From the NCBI GenBank assembly GCA_913042035.1, contig CAJWIN010000002.1:1-53363 (forward strand): DNA of 53,363 bases. The letters are read 5' to 3'. Below are positions 31,347 to 39,722 of the stretch, in pieces. The DNA is from an uncultured Gammaproteobacteria bacterium (GTDB taxonomy: Bacteria; Pseudomonadota; Gammaproteobacteria; Poriferisulfidales; GCA-002705445). A program made the position numbers and the translations under genes. How positions within the stretch are numbered: the stretch's first letter is position 1; each line of letters starts with the position of its first letter. The notes beneath the pieces were generated by a model, which was not told the DNA's origin, made no database searches, and was given only the letters and a program-made list of their open reading frames with translations.

Positions 31347-32622
31347 TTTGTTGATTACACAAAGCCTCAATCTGATTACGTTTTTTAGCAAGGTCCTTAG
31401 TAATTACCTCATTACCGTTTTCTGTCACTAACACATCATCTTCTATTCTGATTCCGATACCTCTCCATTTTTCAGAGACATTATTATTTAATAAATTTAT
31501 ATATATTCCAGGTTCCACAGTGATTACCATTCCAGGTTGAAAAAGAATATTTTCGTATTCTCCAACATCGTGAACATCTAATCCTAGCCAATGACCAGTG
31601 TTATGCATAAAAAATTCTTTGTATGCTTCTTTTTTTATTATATCTTCTATTGTGCCGCTTAATAATTTTAATTCTTTAAGACCTTTTGTGATTTCGTAAA
31701 CCGTTATTTTATGTACTTCATTCCAAGTAACACCTGGCTTAATAAAATTAATAGCTTTTTCTTGAGCATTCAAAACAATATCATATATTTGTGATTGTTC
31801 TTTTGTAAATTTTCCGTTAACAGGAAAAGTTCTGGTAATGTCTGACGCATATCCATTATTTTCTGCTGCCGCGTCTATTAAAACCAAATCCTCATTTTTA
31901 AGAACACTGTCATTTTTTATATAATGCAGTGTGCAAGCGTTATTTCCACTTCCTACAATCGACATATATGCGAAATGCATGTTATTTTTATTAAAGACAT
32001 ATTTAATTTCAGCATCTAACTCATATTCATATATTCCAGGTTTAGATTTTTTCATCGCTGCTTTGTGGGCTTCAACTGAGACTTTTGCGGCGTCTCTTAT
32101 CATTTTGATTTCATAATTAGATTTAATTAATCTTAGCTTTTGAGTAATAAGATTTAGCGGAGCAACTTCTTTTTGGCTATCTTTTTTTGACTTCTCTAAC
32201 TCTTTAAACACCAGATTATCTATTTCATCATTTAAGCCCTTTTCTACATATATAACTTTTTTGTCTTTAATATAATTTAATATTTTTTCTTTACAGTCAC
32301 TAGTATTATATATCTCTGGGAAATCATATTTTTCACTTATCTGCTCGTTATCTAATCTATTACCCTCCCAAATTTTCTCATGTTCCGAGGTATTATCCCT
32401 GAATAGGATAGATTTATACTCGTTATTATTCTTACTTATTAAACAAATTAAATTTGGTTCATTTAAACCAGCTATATATAGAAAGTCACTATGCTGCCTA
32501 TATGGATTTTCAACATCTTTCGTCCTAAAATTTTTACCAGCAGATGACAAGATTGCTATTGAGTCACTATGCATCATAGAAATTAAAGCTAATCTTCTAT
32601 TTTTTAGTTCATTTAAATCCAT
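31339..32622 (-). CDS. pepP: Xaa-Pro aminopeptidase (M24B)
   Basis: 427 aa. Metal-ligand blocks LIDAAAE, HNTGHWLGLDVHD, VEPGIY and IRIEDD. Confidence 0.9.
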   Translation of the reverse strand: MDLNELKNRRLALISMMHSDSIAILSSAGKNFRTKDVENPYRQHSDFLYIAGLNEPNLICLISKNNNEYKSILFRDNTSEHEKIWEGNRLDNEQISEKYDFPEIYNTSDCKEKILNYIKDKKVIYVEKGLNDEIDNLVFKELEKSKKDSQKEVAPLNLITQKLRLIKSNYEIKMIRDAAKVSVEAHKAAMKKSKPGIYEYELDAEIKYVFNKNNMHFAYMSIVGSGNNACTLHYIKNDSVLKNEDLVLIDAAAENNGYASDITRTFPVNGKFTKEQSQIYDIVLNAQEKAINFIKPGVTWNEVHKITVYEITKGLKELKLLSGTIEDIIKKEAYKEFFMHNTGHWLGLDVHDVGEYENILFQPGMVITVEPGIYINLLNNNVSEKWRGIGIRIEDDVLVTENGNEVITKDLAKKRNQIEALCNQQNV

Positions 32623-32706
32623 ACTGTAAGGCCTTAATAATTAATATTGTATATTTGCTATTTATCTATTGACCTACTTAGCTTGCAATAATAATATAAT
32701 AAATAT

Positions 32707-32943
32707 ATGAATAATAATCACATAATATCTTCACTAAATAAAGAGTTAGACGAGCTTGAAGCTAAAATAGAGGAATTGTCTAATAAATATTTAGATCTTA
32801 AAAAAGAAAATCAATTATTAAAAGAAAGGCAAGAGCATGAAGTCGCTGAAAAATTCAAAATCAAAGAAAAAAATCAAAAAGTTCAAAATAAAGTTGAAGG
32901 CATAATAAACAGGTTAAGATCTTTGGAATATACTCAACAATGA
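32707..32943 (+). CDS. Small coiled-coil protein (ZapB-like), in the conserved position preceding zapA
   Basis: 78 aa, with heptad-rich E/K/L composition. Its stop overlaps the zapA start (ATGA). Confidence 0.5.
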   Translation: MNNNHIISSLNKELDELEAKIEELSNKYLDLKKENQLLKERQEHEVAEKFKIKEKNQKVQNKVEGIINRLRSLEYTQQ

Positions 32944-33242
32944 ATGAGCAAGATAAAAAAAAACCAGTAACGGTAAAAATTCTAAATCAAAATTATGATA
33001 TTTTTTGTCAAGAAGATGAAAAAGATGATCTCTTTAAGTCAGCTGAGTTGCTGAATGATAAGATGATGAAAACAAAAGCCGAAGGTAAGACAATTGGACT
33101 TGATAGAATAGCTGTGATATCTGCATTAAATTTTGCCAATGATTCGCTAAGCCACAAAGACATAACAAATTCATTAAATTCTTCAATTAAAGATAGAATT
33201 TCGAAACTTCAACAAAAGATAGATTCAATTCTTCAAAATTAA
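32940..33242 (+). CDS. zapA: Cell division protein ZapA
   Basis: 100 aa. VTVKILNQNYDIFCQEDEKDDLFKSAELLNDKM matches the ZapA N-domain pattern. Followed by a 6S RNA candidate, as in E. coli. Confidence 0.85.
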   Translation: MNEQDKKKPVTVKILNQNYDIFCQEDEKDDLFKSAELLNDKMMKTKAEGKTIGLDRIAVISALNFANDSLSHKDITNSLNSSIKDRISKLQQKIDSILQN

Positions 33243-33289
33243 AAAATATTTTTATACTAGTTTATTCTTTTTATATTTGATATATTTTA

Positions 33290-33468
33290 CAAATAACTGA
33301 TGTACACGATATTATTGTAATGTCTTTGTTCCTAATTTTTAAATAGGGATTAAGAAATTTATTACAGGTGTGCAGACCTAAAATTTAGGTAGCCTAATGT
33401 ATAAATCTTAAACCCACCTGAACTAATCGGTTCAAGGAAAGTAAATAATAACGGTACATCGGTTTTAT
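33290..33468 (+). ncRNA. ssrS: 6S RNA (SsrS) candidate
   Basis: Lies immediately downstream of zapA, the classic position. The closing stem pairs CTGATGTAC (33297-33305) with GTACATCGG (33454-33462). The 3'-side hallmark CCTGAAC-TAATC-GGTTCAAGG (about 33416-33438) parallels E. coli ACCUUGAACC...GGUUCAAGG. It is about 175 nt long and ends in a U-run (GGTTTTATTTTT). End coordinates are approximate. Confidence 0.7.
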
Positions 33469-33670
33469 TTTTAAAATAACAAAGCTATGTTTTAAAGATA
33501 CAACCTTAAAATACAAAAAAATTCAAAAAATTTTAATTTATTTAAAAATTAATTAAATTATTACCTCACAGTTACATAATTAACAGCAAAAATGATATAA
33601 AAACACATAAAAGTTAAAAAGAAGTAAAAAAAGAAGTAAAAATGTTCAAAAAAACGAAAATAAAAATAAA

Positions 33671-33928
33671 AACATGTAAAAAAGTAGAAAAATATTAATA
33701 TTTTTTTATTTTTTGTGTATTTTTTAAAAAAAAATGCTAAAAAACGTTAAAAAAAACCTCGTTTTTATTTTTTTTATTAATATATCTTATAAAGAACACA
33801 TAAAAAACACGAAAAACATTAATATTTTTTTATTTTGTTAATAAAATACAAAAAATATTGCTAAATAACGAAAAAAAAAAAATTAAGATGTTTTTTTATG
33901 AAAAAAAGATTGTATTTAACATTAATAT
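33671..33928. repeat. Degenerate direct repeat with a 124-bp period, plus recurring ATTAATAT motif, in an extremely AT-rich spacer
   Basis: AACATGTAAA at 33671 matches AACACATAAA at 33795. An exact 19-mer, ATTAATATTTTTTTATTTT, occurs at 33694-33712 and 33818-33836. TGCTAA occurs at 33735 and 33859. All three pairs have the same 124-bp offset. ATTAATAT also occurs at 33776 and 33921. Confidence 0.6.
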
Positions 33929-33977
33929 CATTAAACTTTTATTTGATAACCAACTTTAAGTGTTTTGGAGGATTCAA

Positions 33978-34289
33978 ATGGCCATTAAACGTAAGAAGAA
34001 AAAGGTAGTAAGAAAAACTGCTGCTAAGAAAAAAGTAGTTCGTAAAGCAGCTAAGAAAAAAGTAACAAAACGTAAAGCAGCAAAGAAAAAAGTAGCTAAG
34101 AAAAAAGTTAAAAAGAAAGTTAAGAAAAAAGCTACTAAGAAGAAAGTAAAGCGTAAAGTAGCTAAGAAGAAGGTTAAAAAGAAAGCTACCAAGAAGAAAG
34201 TAAAGCGTAAAGTTGCAAAGAAAAAAGTAGCTAAGCGTAAAGCACCAAAGAAGAAAGCGAAGCGTAAGGCTGCAAAAAAGAGAAGATAG
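33978..34289 (+). CDS. Lysine/alanine/valine-rich histone-H1-like basic protein (103 aa)
   Basis: GGAGG at 33967-33971 lies 6 nt before the ATG at 33978; the track's GTG at 33960 is less likely. Sequence: MAIKRKKKKVVRKTAAKKKVVRKAAKKKV...KRKAAKKRR. An intrinsic terminator follows directly. Confidence 0.75.
   Translation: MAIKRKKKKVVRKTAAKKKVVRKAAKKKVTKRKAAKKKVAKKKVKKKVKKKATKKKVKRKVAKKKVKKKATKKKVKRKVAKKKVAKRKAPKKKAKRKAAKKRR
34125..34232 (+). repeat. In-frame 54-nt (18-aa) tandem duplication inside the H1-like gene
   Basis: gctactaagaagaaagtaaagcgtaaagt starts at 34131 and gctaccaagaagaaagtaaagcgtaaagt starts at 34185. The protein reads KKATKKKVKRKVAKKKVK followed by KKATKKKVKRKVAKKKVA. Confidence 0.7.
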
Positions 34290-34312
34290 TTAGCTTTCTT
34301 TAAATGTAATAT

Positions 34313-34338
34313 AAAGGTCTCGAAAGAGGCCTTTTTTT
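34313..34338. terminator. Intrinsic terminator between the convergent H1-like gene and ilvA
   Basis: AAAGGTCTC-GAAA-GAGGCCTTT hairpin (one G-U pair) followed by TTTTT on the + strand. The T-run overlaps the ilvA stop codon. Confidence 0.6.
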
Positions 34339-35851
34339 ATTTTAAAAATGAGTTGTATCCTTGGTTATCTGTTTCGTCAGTATACTTGTAATCTAAATCT
34401 AACAAGAATTCATCTAAATTTTCTTTACTATGATTGCCTATATTTATCCCCACAAGTACTCTTCCAAAAGCTGAACCATGATTTCTGTAATGAAATAAAG
34501 TTATATCCCAATCTTCCCTCATTTTATTTAAAAAATTTAATAAAGCACCAGGTTTTTCAGGAAACTCGAATCGGAATAATTTCTCATTAATAATTGAGCT
34601 AGGTTTTCCACCAACCATATATCTCAAATGTAACTTTGCAACTTCATCCTGTGTTAAGTCTATAAAGTTATACTTATTTTCTTTTAAATCATCAAAAATA
34701 CATTTTGTATCTTTTTCTATATTGTCAGTTTTTATCCCAACAAATACATTTGCAGATTTTTCGTTAGCGTATCTATAATTAAACTCACTTATGCTTCTTT
34801 TGCCTATAACCTCACAAAATTTTCGAAAGCTACCAGATTCTTCAGGTATTTTTACTGATATTAATAACTCTTTACCTTCTCCTATCTCAGCACGTTCTGT
34901 AACATGTCTTAATCTATCAAAATTTAGATTGGCCCCAGAATTAACAGCCATTATTTTTTTGTTTTTCACATTATTGTTTGCGATAAACTTTTTCATTCCT
35001 GCTATAGATAAAGCCCCTGCTGGTTCAGACATAACCCTAGTATCCTCGTATATGTCCTTAATAGCTGCACAGGTTTCATCTATAGAAACAAGTATTACAT
35101 CATCAACATATTTTTTTGAAATTCTAAAAGTTTCTTCACCTATTCTTTTAACAGCACACCCGTCAACAAACAGGCCAACTTGATCTAGACTTGTTGGTTT
35201 GCCATTTCTGAGGGATGTGAATAGAGTTGGTGCGTCTTCTGACTCAACTCCATAAACTTTTATATTTGGGTAATGTTCTTTTAAATACATTGACATGCCA
35301 GATATAAGACCGCCGCCCCCAACTGGTATAAAAAATATGTCAGGTGCTTCTTCTGATTGTTCTACTATCTCTTTTGCTACTGTTCCTTGGCCAGCGATAA
35401 CCAAAGGATCGTCAAAAGGATGAATAAAGACTCTTCCTTCATTGTTTGAAACTTCTAAAGCATATTCGTATGCCTCGTCAAAAGAATCACCATATAGTTT
35501 GACTTTGACACCAAATTTTTTTACAGACTCAATTTTTATCGACGGGGTTGTTGTGGGCATTACTATCATCGCATCTATTCTTAGCTTGCTTGCAGATAAC
35601 GCAACACCCTGAGCATGGTTCCCAGCAGAGGCTGCAATTATTCCTTTATCTGTATCGATAGAACTTAAACTACTAATTTTATTGTATGCACCTCTACATT
35701 TAAAAGAAAATATAGGTTGTAAATCTTCTCTCTTAAGATAAATTGTATTGTTATATTTTGCAGAAATTTTATTTAACAACGAAACAGGTGTTTTTTCAGC
35801 AACATCATAGACTCTGCTTTCATTAATCTCTTTTATATAATTTATGTTCAT
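34337..35851 (-). CDS. ilvA: Biosynthetic threonine ammonia-lyase (threonine dehydratase)
   Basis: 504 aa. PLP-Lys context QPIFSFKCRGAYN, PVGGGGLISG, and two C-terminal regulatory (ACT-like) repeats. Confidence 0.95.
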   Translation of the reverse strand: MNINYIKEINESRVYDVAEKTPVSLLNKISAKYNNTIYLKREDLQPIFSFKCRGAYNKISSLSSIDTDKGIIAASAGNHAQGVALSASKLRIDAMIVMPTTTPSIKIESVKKFGVKVKLYGDSFDEAYEYALEVSNNEGRVFIHPFDDPLVIAGQGTVAKEIVEQSEEAPDIFFIPVGGGGLISGMSMYLKEHYPNIKVYGVESEDAPTLFTSLRNGKPTSLDQVGLFVDGCAVKRIGEETFRISKKYVDDVILVSIDETCAAIKDIYEDTRVMSEPAGALSIAGMKKFIANNNVKNKKIMAVNSGANLNFDRLRHVTERAEIGEGKELLISVKIPEESGSFRKFCEVIGKRSISEFNYRYANEKSANVFVGIKTDNIEKDTKCIFDDLKENKYNFIDLTQDEVAKLHLRYMVGGKPSSIINEKLFRFEFPEKPGALLNFLNKMREDWDITLFHYRNHGSAFGRVLVGINIGNHSKENLDEFLLDLDYKYTDETDNQGYNSFLK

Positions 35852-35941
35852 GTGTATCGCTATGCTTATTTAAATTTATAGATTGCCTTAAATTTTTATT
35901 ATCTATAGTATAACCATTTTAATGAAGGATTTAATAATATT

Positions 35942-36688
35942 ATGACAGAAAAATGGGTGCATGGTGAAGTTGTTAACGTAAAACATTGGACTGAATCACT
36001 TTATTCGGTATTTGTAAGTGCTCCTGCGGTAAAATTTGTAGCTGGTCAGTATACCAAACTCTCTCTTTCCTTAAAAAACGAAGAAGTGGCAAGACCATAT
36101 TCTTTTGTAAATTCTCCAGATGAGGAGTTGCTCGAATTTTATTCTGTTTCAGTACCTAACGGACCATTGTCAACTGCTATGCAAACGCTTAAAAAAGGCG
36201 ACAGCATAAAAGTAGGTCCTAGAGGAAACGGTTTCTTGATTTTGGAAGAAATACCAAATGTTGAAAACATATGGATGTTAGCCACAGGAACTGCAATTGG
36301 GCCATATTTGTCAATCTTAAAAACTAAAAATTCATGGGATAAATTTAAAAAAGTCGTGCTTGTACATGCAGTTAGATATAAAAAAGAACTCACTTATCAA
36401 GATACCATTAATACTCTTAAAGAAGAATATAAAGACAGATTCATTTACATTACTTATGTAAGCAGGGAAGAAGCAGAGTATTCGTTAAAAGGGAGGATTC
36501 CTAAAGATATAAGTAATGGTATTCTTGAAGAAAAAGCTGGTCTAAAAATGAAACCAGATAATACACATGTAATGATTTGTGGTAATCCTGAAATGCTGAA
36601 GGATACAACTGTGGAGTTGAAGAAAATTGGTCTAAAAAAACATAGAAGAAACTCTCCTGGGCACATTACAACAGAAAATTATTGGTAA
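35942..36688 (+). CDS. fpr: Ferredoxin/flavodoxin-NADP+ reductase
   Basis: 248 aa. FAD motif RPYSFVN and NADP motif LATGTAIGP. Ends in ENYW, similar to the E. coli Fpr terminus. Confidence 0.85.
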   Translation: MTEKWVHGEVVNVKHWTESLYSVFVSAPAVKFVAGQYTKLSLSLKNEEVARPYSFVNSPDEELLEFYSVSVPNGPLSTAMQTLKKGDSIKVGPRGNGFLILEEIPNVENIWMLATGTAIGPYLSILKTKNSWDKFKKVVLVHAVRYKKELTYQDTINTLKEEYKDRFIYITYVSREEAEYSLKGRIPKDISNGILEEKAGLKMKPDNTHVMICGNPEMLKDTTVELKKIGLKKHRRNSPGHITTENYW

Positions 36689-37578
36689 GACTGCTCGACA
36701 ACTTTATTAATAATTTTTCCAATACTCTCTATTTCGCATTCTACAATATCACCATTTTTTAAAAATTCTGGTGGGGTTCTTGCAAACCCTACTCCACTAG
36801 GAGTTCCAGTGGCTATTATATCCCCAGTTGCAAGATATGTACTTTTAGAAATTGCTTCTATTTGAGTTGGTATATCAAATATTTGATATCGTGTATTTGA
36901 ATTCTGCTTAGTAATATTATTTACTTTACATGAGATATTAAGATTGTGAGGATCTTGAATTTCATCTTTTGAAACGATACAAGGGCCTATTGGACATGCT
37001 CCAGGCAAACTTTTTCCTAAAAAAAATTGCTTATGATTTCTTTGAATATCTCTAGCAGAAATATCATTTAATACCATATACCCAAAAACATGATTGTATG
37101 CATTTTCTTTTTTAATATGTATACCAGGCTTGCCAATCACTACAGCTAACTCTGACTCCCAATCTAATTCTAAAGATACATCCTTCCTTAATGGAATTTC
37201 ACCAAAAGGAGAATTAATACTAAATGATGACTTTGTAAATATTATCGGATGTTTAGGTCTTTTTATATCTTTTAGGAAAACTTTTTCTGACTCCTTAATA
37301 TGATCTTCATAATTCAGGCCCATACACATTATATTTTGAGGTGTTTTTAGAATTGGTGGGAGAATTTTATTTTTTGCAATAGTAACATCCTCTGTTTTTG
37401 AAGAATTAATAAAATCTTGTAATTTTCTAAGGTCACCTTTTTCAAAATTTAAAAAACTATCTAAAGTTTTAAAATTTTCCGGGCAATTTTCTAAAATGCC
37501 AGGGACTATAAATTTTTCTCTCTTAGAAGCAATCGCTAGTAAATTTTTATTTTGATAATTAACCATGTATAACTTCAT
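36679..37578 (-). CDS. Fumarylacetoacetate hydrolase (FAH) family protein
   Basis: 299 aa. CMGLNYEDH, WESELAVVIGK and GDIIATGTPSGVG blocks. Confidence 0.85.
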   Translation of the reverse strand: MKLYMVNYQNKNLLAIASKREKFIVPGILENCPENFKTLDSFLNFEKGDLRKLQDFINSSKTEDVTIAKNKILPPILKTPQNIMCMGLNYEDHIKESEKVFLKDIKRPKHPIIFTKSSFSINSPFGEIPLRKDVSLELDWESELAVVIGKPGIHIKKENAYNHVFGYMVLNDISARDIQRNHKQFFLGKSLPGACPIGPCIVSKDEIQDPHNLNISCKVNNITKQNSNTRYQIFDIPTQIEAISKSTYLATGDIIATGTPSGVGFARTPPEFLKNGDIVECEIESIGKIINKVVEQSYQ

Positions 37579-37581
37579 GCA

Positions 37582-37974
37582 TTACTCCGTTTTTTTTATA
37601 TGCTTAATATATTGTGGTTTATCAACCAGTAATATTTCAATTTCGTTACATTTTATATTTTTCATTTCTTTACCATCATTTAATATTACTTCAATATCAC
37701 CTTTTTTACTAAATGGAAGAATTAATATATTTTTATATGTATAAAAATCGTAGCTAACACTTATAGAAGCTATATTGAATCTCGATAAAAATATACCAAC
37801 TTTATTATTAATATTCTTTAACTCTATTGAGCCGTTCTGTTTCCATAAGGTTTTTTCCTCAGCATCATCCATTGTTTTCTTTATATATGCATCATTAAAT
37901 GATAAAGATATATTTTTACCATCCTCTTTTACAAAGACTTCTAAATTTTCAAGCTGTATAATTCTAAAGCTCAT
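37582..37974 (-). CDS. Hypothetical protein (130 aa), translationally coupled to gshA
   Basis: ORF with a TAATG overlap with the gshA stop, ending 3 nt before the FAH-family start. I recognise no motif in it. Confidence 0.55.
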   Translation of the reverse strand: MSFRIIQLENLEVFVKEDGKNISLSFNDAYIKKTMDDAEEKTLWKQNGSIELKNINNKVGIFLSRFNIASISVSYDFYTYKNILILPFSKKGDIEVILNDGKEMKNIKCNEIEILLVDKPQYIKHIKKTE

Positions 37975-39536
37975 TAATCTAAAAAATATTTTTTAATATA
38001 TTCTTCATAGCTTTCCTCTGTATTTTCTTCTAACATTCTTTTCTCCTTGAGAGATTTTATTTTTTCTAATTCTAATTTTTTTATAAAATTTTTATCGATA
38101 TCTATACTATTAAAATATTTTTTTTGTTTCCATATATTTTTCATGCAATATTCGTAAAAGCTAATTTTATCTTTTGTCATACTATTTATAACTATATTTG
38201 ACGGAATTTTTGAATTATCTTTTATCTTCATTTCTTGTTTTTCCACACATTCTTTATATTTTTTATCATTTGTTACTTTAAACATAAAATTACCAATATC
38301 TTTTAAATCTTTTAAATTATTTTCTAAAACTTCAGAGATTGGTATATCTTTACCACTGATTTTTAAATGAAATTTTTTGTTTCTTCCGTTATGGGCTACA
38401 TTGGTAAGATTACTTTTTATTTCTAAATACTCTTTATCAGATATTTCATCATCACTTTTAATTAAACTAAATATGATCATAAGTTCAATGAAATACATTT
38501 GTTCTAAATCGATACCTGTATTTGAATATATATTGTTATCTATTGATCTTAATTCAATATAATTCACACCTCCTTTTTTAAGAGCTTTAGAGGGTCTACT
38601 TTTTATTGCTGGATTTGGTTTTGGCCTAACGGTACTATAATATTCATTTTCAATTTGCAATATGTTTTCATTTATTTGTTTATAATAACCATCTGAATAA
38701 ACACCTATTTTATTATATTCACGACTCGGCTCTTTGATAGCATTATCTAGGCTAGAGGTATATTTTTCTAAAGAATTATAGTCAATATGAACACCCATAT
38801 CTTCTTCTATGTTATTTTGATAACCAATATCACCCATTCGGAGTGACGTTGCATATTTTTCATAATACGTATATTGATCAAAGGATTCTAATGTTGTTAT
38901 TTTCCCGGATAAATAAGATTTGCATACAGCTGGTGAACAACCAAATAAATAAGCTATCATCCAATCATTTCTTAATAAATTTCTAGAAATTATAAAATAT
39001 TGTTCTGACTTAAAATCTTTTAGGCTAAGTTTTGATTTTTTAAATTTTAAATAAGAGCTCCAAAAATCATCAGAAAAAGAATAATTATAATGTATGCCAG
39101 AAATTACCTGCATAACCCTTCCATATCTATTGCCTAAACCTCTTCGATATGTTGTTTTCATTCTAGCAGGGTTAGATGTTCCGTAATATGCTATTGGAAT
39201 ACTTTTGTCGCCTGCAATGATACATGGCATGCTTGCTGGCCATAAATATTCGTCATCTATGTTTTTATAGATATACGCTATTATATTTTCTAGATATTTT
39301 AAAGCTGTAATATTTGAGTTACATGGGGGAGTAACGATTTCTATTAATGCTTCAGAGTAATCTGTGGTTATATATTTATTTGTCAAAGATGACCCAAATA
39401 TTTTAGGGTGCATCTTTAAAGAAATTGACCCATTTTTATCAACTCTTAAGGATTCTTTTTCTAAACCAATTTTTGAGTTTGCTAAAAAAGATGAACACAG
39501 GTTTTCAGATAAATTTTTCAAAAACTTATCATTCAT
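37974..39536 (-). CDS. gshA: Glutamate-cysteine ligase (type 1, E. coli-like)
   Basis: 520 aa. GLEKESLRVDKNG, YITTDYSEALIEIVTPP, LWPASMPC, YGTSN and GLGNRYGRVMQVISGIHYNYSF run collinear with E. coli GshA. Confidence 0.9.
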   Translation of the reverse strand: MNDKFLKNLSENLCSSFLANSKIGLEKESLRVDKNGSISLKMHPKIFGSSLTNKYITTDYSEALIEIVTPPCNSNITALKYLENIIAYIYKNIDDEYLWPASMPCIIAGDKSIPIAYYGTSNPARMKTTYRRGLGNRYGRVMQVISGIHYNYSFSDDFWSSYLKFKKSKLSLKDFKSEQYFIISRNLLRNDWMIAYLFGCSPAVCKSYLSGKITTLESFDQYTYYEKYATSLRMGDIGYQNNIEEDMGVHIDYNSLEKYTSSLDNAIKEPSREYNKIGVYSDGYYKQINENILQIENEYYSTVRPKPNPAIKSRPSKALKKGGVNYIELRSIDNNIYSNTGIDLEQMYFIELMIIFSLIKSDDEISDKEYLEIKSNLTNVAHNGRNKKFHLKISGKDIPISEVLENNLKDLKDIGNFMFKVTNDKKYKECVEKQEMKIKDNSKIPSNIVINSMTKDKISFYEYCMKNIWKQKKYFNSIDIDKNFIKKLELEKIKSLKEKRMLEENTEESYEEYIKKYFLD

Positions 39537-39601
39537 ATTAATTACCTAAAAATTGAAAGGAACGGTAAAACTCAAAAAAACCTTATATTTTAAATACTGA
39601 C

Positions 39602-39697
39602 TTATTTCTCGTCGTAATCTGCAAATCTTGCAGCAATTTGCATAATTACAACTGCTAAAACTACTGCTCCTATTGTGATCCAAGCCCAACCTGTCAT
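39602..39697 (-). CDS. Candidate 31-aa single-TM membrane peptide, below the ORF-track threshold
   Basis: Hand translation: MTGWAWITIGAVVLAVVIMQIAARFADYDEK. AGGAG lies 7 nt upstream of the ATG (minus strand AATAGGAGTAAAAATATG). It is locally more GC-rich than the flanks and sits between ampD and gshA on the same strand. Confidence 0.45.
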   Translation of the reverse strand: MTGWAWITIGAVVLAVVIMQIAARFADYDEK

Positions 39698-39722
39698 ATT
39701 TTTACTCCTATTATTTTTTAAT

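Noticed and set aside
33467-33977. Possibility that the AT-rich repeat tract is a CRISPR array or a replication origin
   Set aside because: It has only two degenerate 124-bp repeat units with no short, regularly spaced identical repeats and no cas genes. I found no TTATCCACA-type DnaA boxes, and none of the usual origin-neighbour genes is present.
33974-34192. 72-aa Phe/Leu-rich, very hydrophobic minus-strand ORF
   Set aside because: It is the trivial antisense translation of AAG/AAA lysine codons (CTT/TTT). The sense gene has the SD and the terminator.
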